Shown piece by piece: positions 1 through 10,649 of a DNA stretch of 33,954 nt. The stretch lies in the sequence record DRR378314_483; one strand, written 5' to 3'. The position numbers were made by a program, and so were the translations under genes. The notes under the pieces were generated by a model, which was not told the origin of the DNA, did not search any database, and saw only the letters and a program-made list of their open reading frames with translations. How positions within the stretch are numbered: the stretch's first letter is position 1; every line of letters begins with the position of its first letter.

Positions 1-30
1 TTGACCTTTGACCTTTGACCTTTGACCTTT
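1..30. repeat. Heptamer tandem repeat (TTGACCT)x4, cut by the window edge
   Basis: Four perfect TTGACCT units at 1-28 plus TT, immediately downstream of the LysE stop codon. Confidence 0.9.
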
Positions 31-31
31 T

Positions 32-661
32 TTATCCAACAGCTAACCATATCCCTACTGCTATCATTAAGCTGCCAGCGATTGCGTTCATAAACTTTAC
101 ATTATCGCCGCGACTTAAAAATATGCGTAAACTTTTACCGCCAGTTGCATATGCCATCATACATACAAATTCACTAACAAGTATTACGGTAACTAAAATA
201 CTCAGTTGAGGTGCAATAGCATAGTCAATATTAATAAAAGGGGGCAGTAACGAAATCATAAAAGCCCAGCCCTTTGGGTTAGCTATAGCAGTCACTAAGC
301 CTTGGCTAAATAATTCTTTACGGCTAACTTTACTCTTTTGTTGATCATTTAAATCGAACTTAGCTTTGTCTCGCCACATAATTATGCCTATAAAGACTAG
401 ATATGCACCACCAACCCATTTTAAGATTGCAAATGCTTGTGGGTAATTAAGCATAACACTTGCTACGCCTAATACTGCAGCAATAGCTACTAAAGCTACT
501 CCAAGTAACTCACCTATCATCATCCACATGGTTCGTCTTACGCCAATACTCATGCCGAGTGTCATTGCAAGTGTCATACACATACCTGGTGTGATTGATA
601 CAAAAAAGAATGTAGGTATAAATACCGCCAGTATTGCTAAATCAAACATCAAATTACTCAT
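32..661 (-). CDS. LysE/RhtB family amino-acid exporter
   Basis: 209 aa hydrophobic protein with SITPGxxM, LKWVGGAYL and NPKG motifs typical of LysE/RhtB. Confidence 0.9.
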   Translation of the reverse strand: MSNLMFDLAILAVFIPTFFFVSITPGMCMTLAMTLGMSIGVRRTMWMMIGELLGVALVAIAAVLGVASVMLNYPQAFAILKWVGGAYLVFIGIIMWRDKAKFDLNDQQKSKVSRKELFSQGLVTAIANPKGWAFMISLLPPFINIDYAIAPQLSILVTVILVSEFVCMMAYATGGKSLRIFLSRGDNVKFMNAIAGSLMIAVGIWLAVG

Positions 662-860
662 TGCAGATTATCAGGCTTAAACAATATCAAGAACTTACTC
701 TCTTGAACAAGAAATCAGGTATGTTTATAGGGATAAATAAAAATTTAATGTGTAACAGTTATAATTAAGTTTATGTTGAATGGTATTTTGAATATATTTT
801 TGCTTTGTGCGGTGCTTTGAATTAGGATCGATTTAGTTTAAAACCAAGAACTAATGGCCT

Positions 861-1916
861 GTGTCTAGATTATTAATTTTACTTACTGCTATATTCTTCA
901 GTATTTCAATCAAAGCTGTAGAAGTAACCGATCTGTATCAAGATATACTCAAAGTTGAAGATAAATCCCGAGATGCGCGCTTATCAGCAAGCCGTGCTGC
1001 ATTATTGAATGTTTTGGTGAAGGTCAGTGGTGATCCAAATGCTGATCAAAACGCACTTGCAAAACAACGTAGTAAAGATATATCTGACTACATGCTTAAG
1101 TTTGAATATGATGAAAAAGCGGATGGGACGCTTAAATTAGTTGTTAAATTTGAAGCAAATAAGATCAACGCATTAATCAAAGAGTTAAATTTACCACTTT
1201 GGGGAACTCGTCGTCCCTTAGTGGCTATTTGGTTAGCAATTGAAGATAACTGGCGTAGAGAGCTCGTTACACAAGAGAGCTATCCACAATTAGAGCAACT
1301 TATTTACGACACTGCTGCGCGAAGAGGTTTGCCGGTTGTTGTGCCCTTACTTGACCTTCAAGATAGAGCTATTGTTGGTATTCCTGAGGTGTGGGGGAAT
1401 TTCTCTGAGCCTGTAGAGCAGGCATCAAGCCGATACACAGCAGAAAGAAGTATTACCGCTAGACTTTACAAGCCTGAGAGTAATGATAATTGGGTGCTTG
1501 ATTGGCGTTTTACAAATGATGATTTATTTGAAGCTAATCGCTTAACAGGGGATAAGCAGCAAACTATCGCATTGATGATTGATACCTTAGCCGCAGGATT
1601 AGCTGCGGAATATGCTGTTGATCCTAGCTCAGTAAATAGCTTAACGAGAGCTATCTTTAAACTTAAGGGAACACAGAGCTTTGTTGACATTGAGTTAGCA
1701 AAACGACGTTTGGAGAGCTTAAGTGTTGTAACTGATTTAGTTATTCGCTCCAGGGATAAAGAAACAATCTATTTTGAAGTTAGCCATACCGGTTCTGTTA
1801 AAGATTTTAAAAAAGCGCTAGAGCTTGATCGTGCTTTTGAAGCATTTGTAGATCCGCGTGTTTTTTATCATATTACCTCACAAAACAATCTTGAATATAT
1901 CTGGGTTGGTAAATAA
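861..1916 (+). CDS. DUF2066-like exported protein
   Basis: Signal peptide, DLY, VLVKVSG, LPLWGxxRP and RRGLPxxxPLLDLxD motifs; usual position directly upstream of hda; GTG start. Confidence 0.8.
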   Translation: MSRLLILLTAIFFSISIKAVEVTDLYQDILKVEDKSRDARLSASRAALLNVLVKVSGDPNADQNALAKQRSKDISDYMLKFEYDEKADGTLKLVVKFEANKINALIKELNLPLWGTRRPLVAIWLAIEDNWRRELVTQESYPQLEQLIYDTAARRGLPVVVPLLDLQDRAIVGIPEVWGNFSEPVEQASSRYTAERSITARLYKPESNDNWVLDWRFTNDDLFEANRLTGDKQQTIALMIDTLAAGLAAEYAVDPSSVNSLTRAIFKLKGTQSFVDIELAKRRLESLSVVTDLVIRSRDKETIYFEVSHTGSVKDFKKALELDRAFEAFVDPRVFYHITSQNNLEYIWVGK

Positions 1917-2626
1917 TGAAGGCAGTTGAGCCAGTGCAAATGGCACTGCCAGTTACGCTGCCAGATGATGAAACATTTGCCTCATATTTTGGTGGTGAAA
2001 ACTCACTTGAGGTTAGTCATCTTAAAAGTGCGTTCAATACTTTAGCAACTTCTTTCCAATACACATATCTCTGTGGTCTGGGTGATTCTGGTAAATCACA
2101 CTTACTTTATGCCACCTGTATTCATGCTCAGGAGCGAGGTTTGTCAACCATGCTTCTATCTATGCGTGAAGTAATTGATTTTGGTCCGATTGTACTTGAG
2201 GGTCTCGAATCGCTCGATGTGTTGTGCATAGATGATGTTCATTTAGTTGCAGGCAATGATGCTTGGGAAAAAGCACTATTTAATTTTTTCAATCGTTTTA
2301 GTGAACCGAAAAAATGCCTAGTTGTCACTGCAGATTTATTGCCTGATATGCTTAATATTACACTTCCAGATTTAGTGTCGCGATTAAAGTGGGGTACCAC
2401 TTTTCAAATTCGCTCTATGAGTGATGATGATAAAGCTGAAGCCTTAGTTAAGCGCGCAAACATGCGGGGGCTTGAACTTACTGATGAGTGTGCTCGCTTT
2501 TTATTAACTCGCTTAAGCCGTGACATGAGAGCGCTATTAGATGTGCTGGATAAGCTCGACCATGCTTCCATGGCCGCGCAGCGAAAACTCACTATTCCCT
2601 TTATAAAATCTGCATTAAAGCTTTAA
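1916..2626 (+). CDS. hda: DnaA regulatory inactivator Hda
   Basis: N-terminal clamp-binding-like QMALPV, PDDETF, Walker A GxxxSGKSHLL, LPDLxSRL, RKLTIPF. Confidence 0.95.
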   Translation: MKAVEPVQMALPVTLPDDETFASYFGGENSLEVSHLKSAFNTLATSFQYTYLCGLGDSGKSHLLYATCIHAQERGLSTMLLSMREVIDFGPIVLEGLESLDVLCIDDVHLVAGNDAWEKALFNFFNRFSEPKKCLVVTADLLPDMLNITLPDLVSRLKWGTTFQIRSMSDDDKAEALVKRANMRGLELTDECARFLLTRLSRDMRALLDVLDKLDHASMAAQRKLTIPFIKSALKL

Positions 2627-2753
2627 ATAGTAATTTCCTCGCTATTCAAGGCAAGTTAATCAGAAAGAATTCAATAAGATTAGTATAAAGCCTAGAATCT
2701 AGTCCTTGCTTTCAGTTATCATTAGTCAACAAAATTGTAATCACCTTCTGTGA

Positions 2754-3749
<996 letters not shown>

Positions 3750-3764
3750 GAGTGAAGATATAAA

Positions 3765-6152
3765 ATGAAATTTAGTGAAAAGTGGTTAAGAGAGTGGGTT
3801 AATCCTGCAATTGACACGCAGGCTCTTTCGGAACAGTTATCGATGGCTGGCCTTGAAGTTGATGCTGTAGAGCCAGCAGCTGCCGAGTTTAACGGTGTTG
3901 TGGTAGGTGAAGTGGTTGAATGTGGTCAACACCCTGATGCAGATAAACTACGTGTAACAAAAATTAATGTCGGCGGTGATGAGCTGCTTGATATTGTGTG
4001 TGGCGCGCCAAATTGTCGCCAAGGTATTAAAGTTGCAGTGGCAACTGTGGGTGCGGTGTTACCAGGTGATTTTAAAATTAAAAAAGCCAAACTTCGCGGT
4101 CAACCTTCTCACGGCATGTTGTGCGCGTTTGTTGAGCTAGGTATTAGCGAAGAAGGCGATGGCATTATGGAATTGCCATTAGATGCGCCTATAGGCACTG
4201 ATTTACGTGAATATCTAGGCCTTGATGACAACATCATCGATGTTGACTTAACACCTAACCGTGGTGACTGCTTAGGTATAAAAGGGATTGCCCGTGAAGT
4301 CGGTGTGCTTAACAGTATTGATGTTAAAGCGTTAGAAATTCCAGCAGTGAAAGCCACAATTGACGATAAAGTATCAATCGAACTCGTTAACGAAGATGCT
4401 TGCCCTCGTTATTTAGGCCGCGTGATTAAAGGTATTAACCTTGATGCAGAAACGCCACTTTGGATGGTAGAGAAGCTACGTCGTAGTGGTATTCGTTCAA
4501 TCGACCCTGTGGTTGATGTAACCAACTTTGTACTGCTTGAGCTAGGCCATCCAATGCATGCATTTGATTTAAATGCAATTGAAGGCGGTATTAAAGTTCG
4601 CAGTGCAAACGCTGATGAAGAACTTGTTCTCCTTGATGGCAACACAGCAAAGTTAAATGAATCGACCTTAGTGATTGCCGATCATCATAAAGCGCTAGCT
4701 ATTGCCGGGATTTTTGGTGGCGAGCAATCAGGTGTAACAGAGCAAACCTCTGATATTTTATTAGAAAGCGCGTTTTTCAACCCAGTTGCAATTGCAGGTC
4801 AAGCACGTAGCTACGGTCTGCATACAGATGCATCACACCGCTATGAGCGTGGTGTTGATTTTGCACTGCAACATGATGCCATGGAACGTGCGACAGCATT
4901 ATTACTTGATATTGTAGGCGGTGAAGCAGGCCCCGTTGTTGAAGCCGTTGCTAAAGATAAATTACCAAAAGTAACAGAAGTACGCCTACGCCGTGAACGC
5001 CTAGACCGCGTAATCGGTCATCACATTGCTGATGAAAAAGTAACGGACATTCTTACGCGCCTAGGTCTTGATGTAAAAATTGTTGATGGTGTGTGGAGTG
5101 CAGATGTACCAAGCTACCGCTTTGATATTCGCATTGAAGAAGATTTAATTGAAGAAGTGGCACGTGTATTTGGTTACAACAGTATTCCAAATGTAGCACC
5201 GACAGCTAAATTGAAAATGACCACGCATAATGAAGCAACCATTGCCGTGAATAAATTTCGCAATGCACTTGTGACACGTGGTTATCAAGAAGCTATTACT
5301 TACAGTTTTGTTGATCCAAAAGCGCAAACAATTTTACACCCAGAGTGTGATGCACTTATCTTACCGCATCCGATCTCAAGTGATATGTCAGCAATGCGTG
5401 TAAGCTTAATGCCAGGATTGCTAGCATCATTGGTTTATAACCAAAACCGTCAGCAACCTCGCATTCGTTTATTCGAACATGGCCTTAAGTTCTTACGCGA
5501 TGAAAATGCAGAGAATGGCGTAAACCAAGTGGCTGTTATGGGTGGCGTTATAACCGGTCTTGCACACGGCGAGCATTGGGTCGAAGAAAAACGTAATGTT
5601 GATTTTTATGATTTAAAAGGTGATGTTGAAGCATTACTTTCATTAACTAATGATATAAATCGTTTTGAGATCAAAGCAGAGCAGTCTGATGGTCTACACC
5701 CAGGCCAGTCTGCTGCTATCTACGTTGATGGCAAAAAAGTAGGTTTCTTTGGTGCTGTCCACCCTCAAGTTCAAAAGTCATTAGACATTAATAATGCAAC
5801 TTATGTGTTTGAAGTAGAAATGTCGGCAATTGAAAAAAGAAATTTACCTGAAGCTGTAGGGGTATCTAAGTTCCCTTCAAACCGCCGCGACATCGCTATT
5901 TTAGTGGAAGATCAGGTGAAATCTGGCGACGTTTTATCAGTGATAGAAAAAGTTGGCGGAAATCAATTGGTTGACCTAAACTTATTCGATGTGTATAAGG
6001 GCAAAGGTATTGAGCCAAATTATAAGAGTTTGGCGATTGCTCTAACACTGCAGGCGGTTGATAGAACACTCGAAGAGAAAGATATCAATCAGGTAGTTGA
6101 TAATGTGGTGGCCGCACTGGCCGAACAGTTTAATGCATCGTTGAGGGACTAG
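3765..6152 (+). CDS. pheT: Phenylalanyl-tRNA synthetase beta subunit
   Basis: [12 protein letters not shown] start, [15 protein letters not shown]; 795 aa; follows pheS. Confidence 0.99.
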   Translation: MKFSEKWLREWVNPAIDTQALSEQLSMAGLEVDAVEPAAAEFNGVVVGEVVECGQHPDADKLRVTKINVGGDELLDIVCGAPNCRQGIKVAVATVGAVLPGDFKIKKAKLRGQPSHGMLCAFVELGISEEGDGIMELPLDAPIGTDLREYLGLDDNIIDVDLTPNRGDCLGIKGIAREVGVLNSIDVKALEIPAVKATIDDKVSIELVNEDACPRYLGRVIKGINLDAETPLWMVEKLRRSGIRSIDPVVDVTNFVLLELGHPMHAFDLNAIEGGIKVRSANADEELVLLDGNTAKLNESTLVIADHHKALAIAGIFGGEQSGVTEQTSDILLESAFFNPVAIAGQARSYGLHTDASHRYERGVDFALQHDAMERATALLLDIVGGEAGPVVEAVAKDKLPKVTEVRLRRERLDRVIGHHIADEKVTDILTRLGLDVKIVDGVWSADVPSYRFDIRIEEDLIEEVARVFGYNSIPNVAPTAKLKMTTHNEATIAVNKFRNALVTRGYQEAITYSFVDPKAQTILHPECDALILPHPISSDMSAMRVSLMPGLLASLVYNQNRQQPRIRLFEHGLKFLRDENAENGVNQVAVMGGVITGLAHGEHWVEEKRNVDFYDLKGDVEALLSLTNDINRFEIKAEQSDGLHPGQSAAIYVDGKKVGFFGAVHPQVQKSLDINNATYVFEVEMSAIEKRNLPEAVGVSKFPSNRRDIAILVEDQVKSGDVLSVIEKVGGNQLVDLNLFDVYKGKGIEPNYKSLAIALTLQAVDRTLEEKDINQVVDNVVAALAEQFNASLRD

Positions 6153-6154
6153 AT

Positions 6155-6454
6155 ATGGCGCTTACTAAAGCCGACATAGCTGAACACCTATTTGAAAAAC
6201 TCGGGATCAATAAAAAAGATGCCAAAGATTTAGTTGAAGCGTTTTTTGAAGAAATCCGCTCAGCGCTTGAAAAAGGCGAGCAGGTTAAGCTCTCTGGATT
6301 TGGTAACTTTGATCTTCGTGATAAAAAAGAAAGGCCGGGACGTAACCCGAAAACAGGAGAAGATATTCCTATTTCGGCGCGTCGTGTAGTTACTTTCAGG
6401 CCGGGTCAGAAATTAAAGACTCGTGTTGAAGTAGGCACAAGCAAAGCAAAATAA
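6155..6454 (+). CDS. ihfA: Integration host factor alpha
   Basis: [25 protein letters not shown]; canonical position after pheT. Confidence 0.98.
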   Translation: MALTKADIAEHLFEKLGINKKDAKDLVEAFFEEIRSALEKGEQVKLSGFGNFDLRDKKERPGRNPKTGEDIPISARRVVTFRPGQKLKTRVEVGTSKAK

Positions 6455-6458
6455 AAAC

Positions 6459-6483
6459 AGGCAGCGCAAGCTGCCTTTTTTTT
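6459..6483 (+). terminator. Intrinsic terminator of pheST-ihfA, probably bidirectional
   Basis: AGGCAGC-GCAA-GCTGCCT stem followed by a T run and preceded by an A run; between convergent genes. Confidence 0.85.
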
Positions 6484-6895
6484 AATATTTAACTTTCATT
6501 TGTTTTACCGATAGTGCGATGATTTGTTCTAGCACGTTTAAATCGATGTTGTTTAAATTACTAATATAAAGGCAACTCTTCCCTGTTTTATGCTTACCTA
6601 GTTTATTTAGTAGCGGTGCTATTTCATCACTCTCAAACCCGGGCATAATATAGATGGATAGTTTTGTCTTGCGCGGTGAAAAGCCAGTCAATGGCCATTC
6701 TCCACTTTGACCTGAATCGTATTTATATTGATAACACCCAAAGCCAATTATATCTTTTCCCCATACAAGCGCAGGTTCTTGCGTTATTTTTTCAAAAAGG
6801 GCAATTAACCTGTGTGTATCCTCTAAGCGCTTAGGATCTATATGTGCTAAACATTCTTCTAAAGTGATTTGATTTACTTGTGTTTTTAACGCCAT
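6482..6895 (-). CDS. DUF1801 (YdhG-like) domain protein
   Basis: WGxxIIGFG, GFSPRK and LGKHKTGKSCLY motifs; start moved to ATG at 6895 (MALKTQ). Confidence 0.8.
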   Translation of the reverse strand: MALKTQVNQITLEECLAHIDPKRLEDTHRLIALFEKITQEPALVWGKDIIGFGCYQYKYDSGQSGEWPLTGFSPRKTKLSIYIMPGFESDEIAPLLNKLGKHKTGKSCLYISNLNNIDLNVLEQIIALSVKQMKVKY

Positions 6896-7024
6896 TTTTA
6901 TGCCCCAGACTACCAATATCTATTTAGCATAGAGACGGTACTGAGAATATTCAATGCATTATTGGTCACGATCGGTATAATGCGCGCAACTGGCCACTTT
7001 GGCCTTATTTAAAAGAGAGTTTAT

Positions 7025-8425
7025 ATGAGTTTTGATGGGTTAGGTTTATCACAGTCTTTAGTTAATGCAGTTTTAGAAAAGGGCTATGAAACGCCAACAC
7101 CAATTCAGGCTCAGGCCATTCCTGCGATTATTGAAGGTCGCGATGTAATGGCTGCTGCGCAAACAGGTACAGGTAAAACAGCAGGTTTTACTTTACCGCT
7201 TATTGAGTCATTGTCGAAAGGACAAAAGGCTAAATCTAATCATGTACGAGCACTTATTTTGGCACCAACCCGTGAACTTGCATTACAAGTAAGTGAAAAC
7301 GTTGAAGAGTATGCCAAGCATTCAGGTGTTAGCTCGTTTGTGGTTTATGGTGGTGTTAAAATTAACCCGCAGATGCAGCGTCTGCGTAAAGGTGTGGACA
7401 TTTTAGTTGCCACACCTGGGCGTTTAATTGACTTACACAACCAAAATGCAGTTAAGTTCGACAATGTTGAAGTGCTGGTTTTAGATGAAGCTGACCGCAT
7501 GTTAGATATGGGCTTTATTCATGACATTAAACGCTTAATAGCAAAAATGCCGGCAAAGCGCCAAAACTTAATGTTTTCAGCCACTTTTTCTGATGACATT
7601 CGTGCGTTGGCGAAAGGATTAATTAACGATCCTGTAGAAATATCTGTAGCTGCAAAAAATACGACTGCAAAAAGTGTGACGCAAAGTGTTTACGCAGTAG
7701 ATAAAGCGCGTAAAACAGCGTTGCTGAGTCATTTAATTCGTAGTAACAATTGGCAGCAAGTATTGGTCTTTAGTCGTACTAAACATGGTGCTAATCGCTT
7801 AGTTAAGCAACTTGAGCGTGATGATATTGTTGGTGCAGCAATCCATGGTAACAAATCTCAAGGTGCTCGTGTGAAAGCACTTGAAGGTTTTAAAAGCGGT
7901 GAAGTCCGTGTACTTGTTGCAACAGATATTGTTGCACGAGGTTTAGATATTGTTGAGCTTCCACACGTTGTGAATTACGACTTACCTAATGTATATGAAG
8001 ATTATGTTCACCGTATTGGTCGCACAGGTCGTGCAGGTGCATTTGGTCACGCTATTTCATTTGTAACAACGGAAGATGCGGCAGATTTATATGGTATTGA
8101 ACGTTTTATTGGAGAGCTAATCCCACGTGCTCAAGTGGAAGGCTTTGAACCAAGTAACCCTGTTCCTGAGCGTGCTCTCGATGCACGCCCGCTGCCAGCT
8201 AAAAAAGCAAAGAAAAAGCAGCCATTTAATAAACCTAAGTCAGACAGCAGTAAACCGAACAGCAAAAAGTCTAACAATGGTGGCAATGGTACTGGACCAC
8301 GCCGTGGTGGCTCTAAAAAGCCTGCAGCTAAAGGTGAGGGAGAGCAACAAAATCCATGGGCAAAACGTCAGTCTGTTGGTGGTAACTCACAGCGCCGTCG
8401 TAGGCCAAGTAATGGTGGCTCTTAG
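7025..8425 (+). CDS. rhlE: DEAD-box RNA helicase, RhlE-like
   Basis: Q motif, [36 protein letters not shown]; basic low-complexity tail. Confidence 0.85.
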   Translation: MSFDGLGLSQSLVNAVLEKGYETPTPIQAQAIPAIIEGRDVMAAAQTGTGKTAGFTLPLIESLSKGQKAKSNHVRALILAPTRELALQVSENVEEYAKHSGVSSFVVYGGVKINPQMQRLRKGVDILVATPGRLIDLHNQNAVKFDNVEVLVLDEADRMLDMGFIHDIKRLIAKMPAKRQNLMFSATFSDDIRALAKGLINDPVEISVAAKNTTAKSVTQSVYAVDKARKTALLSHLIRSNNWQQVLVFSRTKHGANRLVKQLERDDIVGAAIHGNKSQGARVKALEGFKSGEVRVLVATDIVARGLDIVELPHVVNYDLPNVYEDYVHRIGRTGRAGAFGHAISFVTTEDAADLYGIERFIGELIPRAQVEGFEPSNPVPERALDARPLPAKKAKKKQPFNKPKSDSSKPNSKKSNNGGNGTGPRRGGSKKPAAKGEGEQQNPWAKRQSVGGNSQRRRRPSNGGS

Positions 8426-8446
8426 GGAAACGCTTAACTAATACAT

Positions 8447-8470
8447 AACGCGCCTTAATGGCGCGTTTTT
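8447..8470. terminator. Terminator between the convergent helicase and DUF3307 genes
   Basis: AACGCGCC-TTAAT-GGCGCGTT hairpin followed by TTT. Confidence 0.8.
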
Positions 8471-9215
8471 ATTGTGTAGTTAATAAGTTAATAGTTAAAC
8501 CGATAAATAGTGTCACTGTCACACTTAACAAAGTACCTAGCATTACATATTCAGTGAGTTGTTTTTCTTCACTGGCACGTAAATCACCAAAACGAAAAAT
8601 AGATTTTGCCGCTAGTAAAAAGCCAACACCGGTATACTCACCTAATAAAATAAATGTCAGCATTAAAACTCGCTCTAATATACCTATACTATGCCCAGCA
8701 GCCGGAATGCTGCCTGATGTAGAAAAGCCATTGGTGATACGTTCAAGTGCCATGCGAATAAATACTGAACTTGGGTTAAGCACTAATAAATAGCCTGTGA
8801 GTATAATTAAATTATTAAGGGTAATAAGCTGCTTTACTAGTTGGTTGTAAAAGTCGTGATTATCAGCAAGCCACACCGCGACTATAACAATCACAATCAA
8901 GTGGGCACATTGATCGAGTACAAAAGGGATCACCCCTTTATTTGAGTACGATTTGGCAATATCAATAAAATAATGGGTAATTGCAATCACCACGGTCGCA
9001 ACTGCTATGTTCAACCCGTCCCCCCAACCATAGTGGTATTCCCATAAAGTAATAATGAGGGCGCTGACTAGGCAGTGCATTAAAACATGTAAGTAAAGCT
9101 TACTCGCTCTAAAGTGCCGTGTGTTTCTATCATGTACCCAACTCATAGGTTGCAAGTAAAAATCGGCAAGTAAATGAGCAATAACAAGACCTGTTAATAA
9201 TAAATAAAAGCTCAT
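8469..9215 (-). CDS. DUF3307-like multi-pass membrane protein
   Basis: HLLADFYLQP, HVLMH, THYFID and DQCAH motifs plus C-terminal AGxxIGILER and AAKSIFRF; ATGA overlap with the upstream gene. Confidence 0.75.
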   Translation of the reverse strand: MSFYLLLTGLVIAHLLADFYLQPMSWVHDRNTRHFRASKLYLHVLMHCLVSALIITLWEYHYGWGDGLNIAVATVVIAITHYFIDIAKSYSNKGVIPFVLDQCAHLIVIVIVAVWLADNHDFYNQLVKQLITLNNLIILTGYLLVLNPSSVFIRMALERITNGFSTSGSIPAAGHSIGILERVLMLTFILLGEYTGVGFLLAAKSIFRFGDLRASEEKQLTEYVMLGTLLSVTVTLFIGLTINLLTTQ

Positions 9216-9838
9216 TTTGTCACTCCTTTGAGCTGTTGCTCGATAGCATGTTTGCTGTAATTCAAAAAGCGCTCTATAAGTTGGTAATGTGCTAAATTAA
9301 GTAACTTTGTCACATTTTCACGACTGGTTTTAAGCTCCTTGGCAAGCTCGCTATGGCTGTTATTTTGCGAGGTTAAATAGTAGAACAACGCATTAGCTTG
9401 CTTTTGGCTAATTTTATCGAGCAGCACATCAATTAAATCTATGTTAAGTGCGAAGCTTGTTTCGATCGGGTTATGCTCGATTTGCAATATTAACAGTTGG
9501 CTCATTGTATCTAACCCTTGGCCTGAGAGTGTATACGCTGAGCCTGTGGCTGTTTTTATATCAGCGCGAGGGTTGTCAAGCCCTCCAACAGCAAGGCTTT
9601 GGCGTAATGAATAATTGGCTGATTTTAGCTGTAAGTAGAGCAATACGGCTGCACTGCACACATCAGTTGGATCAGGTAATTGTATTTGTAGGGCATCACC
9701 GCGATAAATGCTAAATTGGCCATTAAATTTGTTTGTAATAAAACGTAAGCTTTGATCTAGCTGGTAAAGCATATCATCGTATTGATGTTGCGGAATTTTT
9801 TGTGACTTGATCAAATCGCCAGTAATGACTGCAATCAT
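9212..9838 (-). CDS. SatD-like protein (cyclase/palm-like N-domain plus C-terminal HTH)
   Basis: AVITGDLIKS and IYRGDALQ motifs, TGSAYxxSG, C-terminal HTH (HSELAKELKTSRENVTKLL); ATG at 9838 preceded by AGGTGAG SD. Confidence 0.75.
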   Translation of the reverse strand: MIAVITGDLIKSQKIPQHQYDDMLYQLDQSLRFITNKFNGQFSIYRGDALQIQLPDPTDVCSAAVLLYLQLKSANYSLRQSLAVGGLDNPRADIKTATGSAYTLSGQGLDTMSQLLILQIEHNPIETSFALNIDLIDVLLDKISQKQANALFYYLTSQNNSHSELAKELKTSRENVTKLLNLAHYQLIERFLNYSKHAIEQQLKGVTK

Positions 9839-9856
9839 TATTCTCACCTAGCTAAT

Positions 9857-9930
9857 GTAACCTATATCAGTTACTTTTTGTTATGTAACCAAATTCGGTT
9901 ACTTGTTAATAAGTAACCAATCTAGGTTAC
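9857..9930. promoter_or_regulatory. Three palindromic operators GTAAC-N8-GTTAC at 28-bp period
   Basis: Copies at 9857-9874, 9885-9902 and 9913-9930 with conserved arms and variable centres. Confidence 0.8.
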
Positions 9931-9947
9931 TTTTAGCTTTTTTTCAA
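9919..9947 (-). promoter_or_regulatory. Predicted sigma70 promoter of the SatD-DUF3307 operon
   Basis: Minus strand TTGAAA (9947-9942)-N17-TAGATT (9924-9919); the -10 lies inside the third palindrome. Confidence 0.55.
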
Positions 9948-9991
9948 GTTAACTATGCTACATTGTTCAAAACTTAATTGAAGAGCCTATT

Positions 9992-10510
9992 ATGTCGCAA
10001 TCATCAGAGTCGTTAGTTAAATCGCAGATAGCTTCAAAACCCAGAGTGGGAATATTTGTCGACGTGCAAAATATATATTACACCTGCCGACAAAGTTATG
10101 GTAAAAATTTTGATTACAATGCTTTTTGGGCACACGTGAGTGAACGTTACGACATTGAGTGCGCCTTTGCTTACGCTATTTATCGAGGTGATGATAAGCA
10201 ATCACAATTTCAAAATATCTTGCGGGCAATTGGTTTTGAGGTAAAGCTTAAACCGTTTATTCAGCGTAAAGATGGCAGTGCTAAAGGTGATTGGGACGTA
10301 GGCATCACTATCGATATGCTTGAGCATGGAAAAAAACTTGATCGTGTTATTTTACTCTCTGGTGATGGTGATTTTGCGCTATTACTGGGTCATTTGGAGC
10401 ATAAATATAATGTTCCCGCTGATGTATATGGCGCAGATAAATTAACTGCTGATGCGTTAAAGCAAAGTGCTGAGCATTTTTACTGTATCGATCACTCATT
10501 ATTACTATAA
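9992..10510 (+). CDS. NYN domain (LabA/DUF88, PIN-like) putative nuclease
   Basis: FVDVQN, KGDWDVGITID and LSGDGDF acidic catalytic motifs. Confidence 0.88.
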   Translation: MSQSSESLVKSQIASKPRVGIFVDVQNIYYTCRQSYGKNFDYNAFWAHVSERYDIECAFAYAIYRGDDKQSQFQNILRAIGFEVKLKPFIQRKDGSAKGDWDVGITIDMLEHGKKLDRVILLSGDGDFALLLGHLEHKYNVPADVYGADKLTADALKQSAEHFYCIDHSLLL

Positions 10511-10549
10511 AAAAGCTATGCGAACATGATGCAAAAAAAGTTTGTCTCC

Positions 10550-10617
10550 ATGTTAATAATGTTTGACATTAAAGCTGCGTGCTCCTATAGTAAGTCATGT
10601 TAATTATATTTAACATG
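10550..10617 (+). promoter_or_regulatory. sigma70 promoter flanked by two palindromic operators, probably for the XRE regulator
   Basis: TTGACA (10563-10568)-N17-TATAGT (10586-10591); ATGTTAA-N6-TTGACAT at 10550-10569 and perfect CATGTTAA-N6-TTAACATG at 10596-10617. Confidence 0.75.
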
Positions 10618-10649
10618 AAGGTCGTTATTCTTTACACTAGGAGCAAAAA

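Noticed and set aside
15-209. 64-aa ORF starting in the heptamer repeat
   Set aside because: Antisense to the LysE gene with a TTG start supplied by the repeat
8127-8793. Overlapping ORFs 8127-8441 and 8458-8793
   Set aside because: Alternate-frame or antisense shadows of the helicase tail and the DUF3307 gene
9448-9714. 88-aa + strand ORF inside the SatD-like gene
   Set aside because: Antisense shadow with no motif or SD
9857-9930. 28-bp periodic repeats as a mini-CRISPR array or type III toxin-antitoxin RNA
   Set aside because: Linkers are only 10 bp, repeat centres vary, and there are no cas or ToxN-like genes and no terminator after the repeats; an operator array fits better
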